A stretch of 64,000 nucleotides of DNA from an uncultured Acidobacteriota bacterium (GTDB taxonomy: Bacteria; Acidobacteriota; Blastocatellia; Pyrinomonadales; Pyrinomonadaceae). The DNA lies in the NCBI GenBank assembly GCA_963816985.1, contig CAWFMF010000004.1, positions 4,503,106-4,567,105 on the forward strand. The letters run 5' to 3'. The position numbers and the translations under genes were made by a program. Below are positions 57,654 through 64,000 of this stretch, piece after piece (position 1 is the stretch's first letter; each line of letters starts with the position of its first letter). The notes beneath the pieces were generated by a model that was not told the DNA's origin, made no database searches, and saw only the letters and a program-made list of their open reading frames with translations.

Positions 57654-60596
57654 TCATTCATCACCCACGCGTTCGAGCAGCGCCACAGGCATCCGTTCGA
57701 GGACTCTGGCAATCGGCAGCGAGGCCGCTTCGTTTGCCCCGACGATAAATTCCGCGCCGGTGAAAACGTCGCGGTAAAGACCGCCGCCCGCCCCTTCGGG
57801 CAACATCAGCGCCGTGTCGCGCCACGTGTCCGCGCCGACCCAGCCGTTGATCGAGCGCGCGATGCCGTGGCGCGTGAAGAAGCGCGAGGCGACGACCAGG
57901 ACTTCTTCCGCGCCGCGTCTCCGCGCGAAGGCGATGACGTGATTCTCGCGCCCGCCCGTCGCGCGCAGGGGCACGTACTCGCCCTGCTCGAACAACTCGC
58001 GTCGCGCCTTGCGGAAGTTGAGCGCGCGCGTCGTGACGTAGAGCTTGATGCGACCGTCTTCGGGTTGGAGGATGAGTTTTTCGACCAACCCTGCGTCGCC
58101 GCCTTCTTCCTTGAGCGAGGCGAGCAGAGACTTGCGCAGCTCGTAGTCAACGGGGCGGCGGTTGTCCGGGTCAACGAGCGCAAAACTCCAAAGCTCCGTG
58201 CCCTGATAAAAGTCGGGCACGCCGGGCGCGGCGATCTTCAGCAGCGTCTGCGAGAGCGAGTTGAGGAGGCCCGCGCGCGTCGTCGTCTTCTGGAACTCGT
58301 TGAAGTCTTCGACGAACGGGTTGTCTTCGCCGGGCTCAAGAATCGCGCCGACGAACTCGCGGACGGCGCGCTCGTAGGCCTCGTTCTGGCTGATCCAGCT
58401 CGTGTGGAGCTTCGCTTCCTTGAGCGCCTTGTTCATGTACTCCTGAATGCGCCCGATGTACTCGCGCCGCGCGTCTCCGTCCAACGGCGTGAGCGGCCAC
58501 GTCCCGACGAGCGTTTGATAGAGCAGGTATTCCTCGTTGGCGTCGGGAACCTCCGCGCCTTCGAGCTGCGCCTTGCGCGGGCGGTTCATCTCGCGCCAGC
58601 GGTGGAGCGCGCGGTTCCACTCTTCGGGGATTTCGGAAAGGACGTTGATGCGCGCGCGCACGTCCTCGCTGCGCTTGCTGTCGTGCGTCGAGGTGGTCGA
58701 GAGCGAGTGCGGCCAAGTCTCTTGCCGGTCGCGGTTGCGCTCGTGGAAACGCTCGACGGGGATGCCGATGATGGCGGGCTCGCCGCCGACTTCGTTGAGA
58801 GACGCGAGCGGGTAGAAGCGATAGAAGGCCGTGTCTTCGAGCCCCTTCGCCGTCACGGGGCTCGTCAACTGCTGGAAGCGCAGCACGAAGTCGCGCCGCT
58901 CGGCGCGCTGCTCGCGCGTCACGCCTTTGGGGTCTTGGAGCAGAAGCAGCGACGCGATGAAGTCGAAGACGGAAGGGTCGGTCGCCGGGTTGCGCCGCTT
59001 GGCCAAGCGGACGGCGGTGTTGATGTGGAGGCGGTCGTCGGGGCTCACGCCCGTCTGTCGCGGGCGGATGTAGCTGCGGTAGACGGGGAAGCATGCGATC
59101 ACTTCGCCGAGGGCTTGCTGGAGGCTGTTCAAAGTGAAGTCGCGCGACCAGCGGTGCTGCTCGGCGATGCGCCCCAGACGGCGCGCGAGGACGTGCAGCT
59201 CGCTCGACATCACGACGCGCAGGACGAGCTTCTTGCAGCCGTAGAGGAGGTCGTCGAACTTCACTTCGAGGCCGGTGAAGTCCCTGTACAGCTCGCGCAT
59301 CGCGGGCGCGTTCGCGTGGTCAACGAAGACGCCGTTGAGGAGGTTGGCGAACTCATACCCGGTCGTCCCGTAGACGGGCCACTCGCGGCGCAGAAGCTCG
59401 TCGTGGCCGAGAATCTTTTCCACCACGACGTAGCACGGAGGACTCTGGGGAGCGCCGCTTTCGTCAACAACCTTCGCGCCGTCGCCCCCGGCGGGCGTGC
59501 GGCGGTTGGAGCCGAGCGCCGCCGCGCACTCGCGGCTGAGGTCTTGGAGATACTTCTCAGGGTCGTGCAGCCCGTCCACGTGGTCAACGCGGAGGCCCGT
59601 CACCAAGCCCTGCTTCATCAGACGGAAGACGACTTCGTGGACGGCCTGGAAGACCGTGCGTTCTTCGACGCGGACGGCGGCCAGCTCGTTGATGTCGAAG
59701 AAGCGCCGGTAGTTGATCTCGTCGGCGGCGACGCGCCAGAAGCTCAGGCGGTAAGCCTGCTGGCCGAGCAACTCTTCCAGGTAGTCGAAGCTCTGCTCGC
59801 GCCCCTTCGCGCCGTTGATTTTAATCAGCGCGTCGTGGACTGAGCCGCGCACTCCGCCGCTCTCCTTGACGAGCGTCGAGAGCCGTCGCTTGACGACTTC
59901 CTTCTCGCGCCGGCGTTCGCGGACGAGCGCGGGCTCCGTGTCGGTGCGCGGCGGCAAGTGCCTGAGCGCGGTGATGATGCTTTCGAGTTCGAGCACGTCC
60001 GGGTGCGACTCTCCGAGGCGCGCGCGCGCGACTTCGAGCGCGAGCGAGAGGACGAGCGTCGAGGTGCGCGGCGCGATGGGCAGAGAGCTTTCGTAGTAGT
60101 TGGCGAAGAACGCGCCGCCGCGGTACGAAATTTTAATCTCCTGATTGTCTAAGACGCGCCCGAACTGGTCGCCGAGGATGGGGAGCAGGACGCGGTTCGT
60201 GAGGTTCGGGTTGGGCGGGTTCCAGTCCACGTCGAAGAAGCGCGCGTAGGGCGAGCCCGGCCCGTTCTCTAAGAGGTCGAGCCACCAGCGGTTCTCCGAA
60301 CCGGCGATGCACATGTGGTTCGGCACCACGTCCATCAGCACCGACATCCCGCGCTCGTGCAAGGCGCGTGCGAACTCGGCGAACTGCTCTTCGGTTCCGA
60401 CCTCCGGGTTGATGAGCGTGTGGTCAACGATGTCGTAGCCGTGGACGCTGCCCGGTCGCGCCTTCAGAATCGGCGAGGAGTAGCAGTCGCCGACGCCGAG
60501 TTCGGAGAGGTACTCGACGAGCGCCGCGGCCTGCCCGAAGGTGAAGTGCCGGTTGAACTGGAGCCGGTAGGTGGAGAGAGGTATGCGCGCCTGCAC
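57654..60596 (-). CDS. treY: malto-oligosyltrehalose synthase
   Basis: 980 aa. TYRLQFN...GYDIVDH and the GH13 TreY architecture. GTG start. Confidence 0.95.
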   Translation of the reverse strand: MQARIPLSTYRLQFNRHFTFGQAAALVEYLSELGVGDCYSSPILKARPGSVHGYDIVDHTLINPEVGTEEQFAEFARALHERGMSVLMDVVPNHMCIAGSENRWWLDLLENGPGSPYARFFDVDWNPPNPNLTNRVLLPILGDQFGRVLDNQEIKISYRGGAFFANYYESSLPIAPRTSTLVLSLALEVARARLGESHPDVLELESIITALRHLPPRTDTEPALVRERRREKEVVKRRLSTLVKESGGVRGSVHDALIKINGAKGREQSFDYLEELLGQQAYRLSFWRVAADEINYRRFFDINELAAVRVEERTVFQAVHEVVFRLMKQGLVTGLRVDHVDGLHDPEKYLQDLSRECAAALGSNRRTPAGGDGAKVVDESGAPQSPPCYVVVEKILGHDELLRREWPVYGTTGYEFANLLNGVFVDHANAPAMRELYRDFTGLEVKFDDLLYGCKKLVLRVVMSSELHVLARRLGRIAEQHRWSRDFTLNSLQQALGEVIACFPVYRSYIRPRQTGVSPDDRLHINTAVRLAKRRNPATDPSVFDFIASLLLLQDPKGVTREQRAERRDFVLRFQQLTSPVTAKGLEDTAFYRFYPLASLNEVGGEPAIIGIPVERFHERNRDRQETWPHSLSTTSTHDSKRSEDVRARINVLSEIPEEWNRALHRWREMNRPRKAQLEGAEVPDANEEYLLYQTLVGTWPLTPLDGDARREYIGRIQEYMNKALKEAKLHTSWISQNEAYERAVREFVGAILEPGEDNPFVEDFNEFQKTTTRAGLLNSLSQTLLKIAAPGVPDFYQGTELWSFALVDPDNRRPVDYELRKSLLASLKEEGGDAGLVEKLILQPEDGRIKLYVTTRALNFRKARRELFEQGEYVPLRATGGRENHVIAFARRRGAEEVLVVASRFFTRHGIARSINGWVGADTWRDTALMLPEGAGGGLYRDVFTGAEFIVGANEAASLPIARVLERMPVALLERVGDE

Positions 60597-60992
60597 TTCT
60601 GTTCGTTCCCCGTCTGAAAAAGTCGCCGGTCGGGCTGCACGCCTTCGCGCCCGACTCCGAAGCGCCCGTCCTCAACCTGCGTCGAGTGCAGGAGCCGTAA
60701 AGGCTTTCCACTGTTGTCCGCGATGCCCTCTATCTTCACACTTCCGAGCCCGAAACGCCACGACGCGCAGAGCACTGCGGACACACCTTTCGCCGGACTG
60801 GAACGAAGGATAAAAGACTCTGTGTTGCGGGTGTGACGCCGATTTTATCGGACGGGTGGGTGACGGTCTGTTCGCTCCCGTACTCACGACGGACGCCCCC
60901 GATATCCTTCGCAGACTCCTCTTTTTGTTTTAAACTTCCGGCCTCAAGGGTTTCTTGCGGCCTACACATTTAAACCGAGGAGGAGCACGGAA

Positions 60993-61229
60993 ATGATTGA
61001 CAGCGACAGAGACGACGACGCGGCCAGTGGCGACAGCGTGAGCGAAGGCGGCGGCACGGGCTCGGAAGGCGTTGACAGCATCACGCCGCAGGCCGAAGTG
61101 TCGGGCGACGACCCCGCCGGTTTTGAAGTGAGCGACCCCGGCGAAGAAGACGGCGGCTCGGAATCCGAGGGCGGCGTCGGCGACTGGGACCCGGCGAGCG
61201 CGGGCGGCGGAGGCGGCGAAGTTTACTGA
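60993..61229 (+). CDS. small acidic Asp/Glu/Gly-rich hypothetical protein
   Basis: 78 aa preceded by GAGGAGGAGCACGGAA ATG. Composition is Asp/Glu/Gly/Ser-dominated (low complexity), so coding status is uncertain. Confidence 0.35.
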   Translation: MIDSDRDDDAASGDSVSEGGGTGSEGVDSITPQAEVSGDDPAGFEVSDPGEEDGGSESEGGVGDWDPASAGGGGGEVY

Positions 61230-61236
61230 GTCTTAA

Positions 61237-61348
61237 GTCAGAACCGCCTGCGGTAGCGGGCGGGTCTTGGTAATGTTAAGACTGACCCACGATGGTATGT
61301 GAGCGTCGGCGACGTTAAGACCCGCCCGCTACCGCAGGCGGTTCTGAC
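61237..61348. repeat. REP-like palindromic element, long subtype D (copy D2)
   Basis: Perfect arms gtcagaaccgcctgcggtagcgggcgggtc / gacccgcccgctaccgcaggcggttctgac around an insert with gttaagac at both ends. Lies between the convergent acidic ORF and the TBDR stop. Confidence 0.75.
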
Positions 61349-61357
61349 ACTGATGCT

Positions 61358-64000
61358 TTAGAAGGCGAAGCGCACCTGCAACTCGACGCGCCGGTTGCCC
61401 GCCGACTGGCTGCCGCCGCCCGCGCCGAATCTCCCCGCGCCTGAGAACGACTGGCCGAAGAGCGGCGAACTGAGGTTGCCGACGGGCGGGCCGAGGTTCG
61501 TGTTGTTCAGAAGGTTCTGCACGTTGACCGAGAAGGTCAGGTTATAACGCTGCGCGGTCTCACCTTCTCCGCCGCCACCGCCGCTCCTCCTCGACCTCCG
61601 CCGCCGCCTCCACGACGACCGCCGCCGCCGCCACCTCCACCCCCTCTCCCGCCGCGACCTCCGCCGCCGCCCTGCCCCGCGCTCGTAGCCGCCACGCCGC
61701 CGAAGCCGACGGTCTTACTCGCACGCAGATTGACGGCGAAGAAGGACGGGCCGGTTCCGAGGTTGCGCGGGATGATGGTCTGCCCGGCGGTCGGGTTCGG
61801 GTCGAACGCGCCGAACTCAGTGACGACGACGCCCGGCCTCGACGTGTCGGTGGCGAAAGCGGGCCGCTCGGTGAAGAGCGTGTCGCCGTTCAAGTCGCGC
61901 CCGATGGTGATGTTGAAGGGGCGGCCCGAATTGGCGACGAGCGTCGGGTTCAAGCGGATGCCCCACGGCAGCGCGTTGATCGAGCCGAAGAGGAAAAAGC
62001 GGTGGCGGATGTCCTGCAAAGAGCGTCCGTACTCGCCGCTCAGGTCATACTGGTTGACGGGGAAAGTGTTCGCGCCTTCGGCGTCGCCGTTCGCTCGGTT
62101 CAGAGTGTAGTTGGCCGACAACGTGTAGCGAGAGCTGAAGCGCGTGTTGAAGTTGACGATGAGCTGCTGCTGGTTAAAGCGACCGCTCGACTCGTACTGG
62201 AAGATGTTGCCTTGTCCGGGGAATGGACGCACGCCGCTCCCCTGCACGCCGGGGATGAACGTGCCGGGCAGGGGCGCGTTGACGTTGCGTGAGCGCAGGA
62301 CGTGGAGCGTGCGCGCGTTGATGAAGTTGACGGAGACGGTCGAGCGATAAGGTAACTGCCGTTCGATGCTGATGGCGGTCTGCATCGTGTAAGGGGTGCG
62401 GATGTCGTCTTCGATGCGCCGGACGGTCGGGGCGATTTGGAACGCCGTGAGCTGCGCCGTCGTCGGGACTGTCGGGAAGAGGTCGAGCGCGTCGAAGCCG
62501 CCGGGGGTCGAGCTTGTGACGAGAAACTGTTGCTGGTTGCTTCCGTCGAAGCGCGCGGCTTGCAAGGTCAGGTTCTCGCGAAAGCGTTCGTAGAAGAGTC
62601 CGAAGCCGCCACGGATGACGGTCTGCTGCGCGCGCCCGCCGGAGCCGCCCGCGCCGGGAGCCCACGCGAAGGCGACGCGCGGCGCGAGGTCGAGGTTGCC
62701 GCCGAGGTTCGTCTGCGTCTCGGCGCGGAGGCCCAGAGAGAGCGTCAGGTTCGGTCGCACGCGCCAGTCGTCTTGAATGAAGGGGCTGAAGTCCGTGCGC
62801 GAAACGCGCACTTCCGGGTTGCCGCCCGTCACCGAGAACTGCGTCGCGCCGCCGCCTCGCGCGCGTATCTCCGAAGGAGTCAGGCCCGCCGCCTGGAAGA
62901 CGCGCGTGCGGCGGAAGCGTTCGATGCTGTTGATGGAGACGATGACGGGGTTGCCGCCGCCGTCGAGCACTACCTGGTCGTTCGCGTCGAGCTGCGGGGC
63001 GAGGCCGCCGCCGAAGGTGAACGTGCCGCCGAAGTTCTGCAAGGACACGTCGCGCAGCCGCACCGAGCGCAGACGCCCTCCGGCCTTCAGCGAGTGATTG
63101 CCCGCCGTCCAAGAGGTGTAGTTCTGCAACTCAATGCGGTCTTCATCGGTCGCCGAGAGGCCCGCCTGCGCGCCGCCGCCTGTGAAGGCTTCGAGCACGC
63201 GGATGGTCGGCTCGGTCGTCCCGCCCTCCTGCCGTCGGCGCTCGCGGATGTACTGGAAGCGCGTCTCGTTGATGACCTTCTGGTTGATGATGGCGGTCTC
63301 GGTCAGTTGCAGTGTGTGCTGCGTGTTCGCGGTGTCGAAGGCGCGCTCCGGCAGAGAGAAGCCGCCGACGCCTTCGTTCACGTTGCTCCCGCGCTCGTAG
63401 GTGTAGCGCGCGACGAGCGTGTTGTTCGCATTAATCTGGTAGTCGAGCCGGGGGCTGAAGGTCGTCCGCTGCTGCGGCGTCAGAACCACGGCGTCGAAGC
63501 CGGTCGGCTCAAGCGTTACGGGGTCGAGGATGATGGCGTTGATGACTTCGTTCTCGTCCGTCTCACGCCGCTCGAAGTCGAAGAAGAAGGAAGCCTTGCC
63601 CTTGCTTATCGGCCCGCTCAAGTTCCCGCCGTAGCGGCGCGATTGATACGGCGCGCGCCTCGGCGCGTTCGGCAGACGCGAGTTGAGACTCTCGTCGTTG
63701 AAGTTGAAGAAGGCTTGGCCCCGGTACTTGTCCGTGCCGGGCTTGGTGAAAATCTCGACGCGCCCGTAGCCGAGCCGGTCGTACTCGGCGGAGAAGGGGT
63801 TGCGGTTGATGCGAATCTCGCGGATGGACTCCTTCGGCGGCAGACGCCCGCCCGTGAAGCCGTCGAGGAAGATTTCCGCGCCGCCCTCCGCGCCGACCGA
63901 AGGCCCGGCCAGAGCCTGCAAGGCTTCGGACAAGTCTTCGGGGTCGTCGGGCAGCGAGTCGAGGTCTTCGCCGCGCAAGATGACCGCGCCCGCCTGTCCT
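61358..64000 (-). CDS. TonB-dependent receptor (partial; N-terminus beyond window end) with Gly/Arg-rich insert and apparent frameshift near 61560..61600
   Basis: C-terminal frame reads ...ETAQRYNLTFSVNVQNLLNNTNLGPPVGNLSSPLFGQSFSGAGRFGAGGGSQSAGNRRVELQVRFAF then a stop, the classic TBDR terminal Phe. Upstream ORF 61537..63978 is in another frame and carries plug and barrel motifs. The two are joined within a (GGC/GCC)n tract encoding GQGGGGGRGGRGGGGGGGGG. Confidence 0.7.

Noticed and set aside
57597-59843. 748-aa plus-strand ORF antisense to treY
   Set aside because: treY homology on the minus strand is decisive.

Overview
This is a high-GC (about 68%) bacterial chromosomal window. The gene content is mostly housekeeping and envelope functions, densely packed, with several families of palindromic intergenic repeats. 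The large secreted protein at 45336..47420 has a C-terminal tandem domain that looks like TIGR03437, a family recalled from Acidobacteria (Solibacter-type); with the GC content this suggests an Acidobacteria-like organism, which I cannot verify.

Recognisable genes, by region:
- 1..9456: a class III nucleotidyl-cyclase fragment, an SDR, xthA, a rhodanese lipoprotein interrupted by an in-frame TGA, an M43 metalloprotease, a TPR lipoprotein, a HAD hydrolase, a LarA-like (DUF2088) gene split by a frameshift, and a Uma2 endonuclease with anomalous composition.
- 9505..17251: a lipid locus encoding a 1476-aa multifunctional FAR/AMP-ligase/ACP/AGPAT protein (ElbD-like, candidate ether-lipid enzyme), an extended-SDR epimerase, a DAGK-family lipid kinase and a separate AGPAT.
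- 17344..23021: metH, coaD and an aspartate aminotransferase.
- 23157..29348: an ECF sigma factor with an anti-sigma factor that carries a TonB C-terminal domain, and a GntR/ABC-2 transporter/DUF3352 operon.
- 29687..39325: an S1 protease, a flotillin with N-terminal tandem repeats, a DUF5916/CBM9-like protein and an aldo/keto reductase.
- 39419..47420: four large secreted proteins in a row (a Tat-exported unknown, a Tat-exported vanadium-haloperoxidase-like PAP2 enzyme, a FecR/Trp-rich/PR-rich protein, and the TIGR03437 protein).
- 47588..64000: a D-TA/alanine-racemase-domain enzyme, hrpB, a glycogen-to-trehalose cluster (malQ, glgX, treZ, treY), and a partial TonB-dependent receptor.

Non-coding structure is rich:
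- A REP-like palindrome family occurs in 5 copies (two subtypes).
- A second long palindrome occurs in 2 copies.
- Composite CCCC/GGGG hairpin-cluster elements occur in 2 copies.
- Three AT-rich hairpins built from 7-nt tandem repeats sit at gene junctions in the lipid locus.
- There are also clean intrinsic terminators.

Four genes appear frameshifted and one carries an in-frame TGA, which more likely reflects assembly indels than biology. No rRNA or tRNA genes, CRISPR arrays, IS elements or prophage genes were found.
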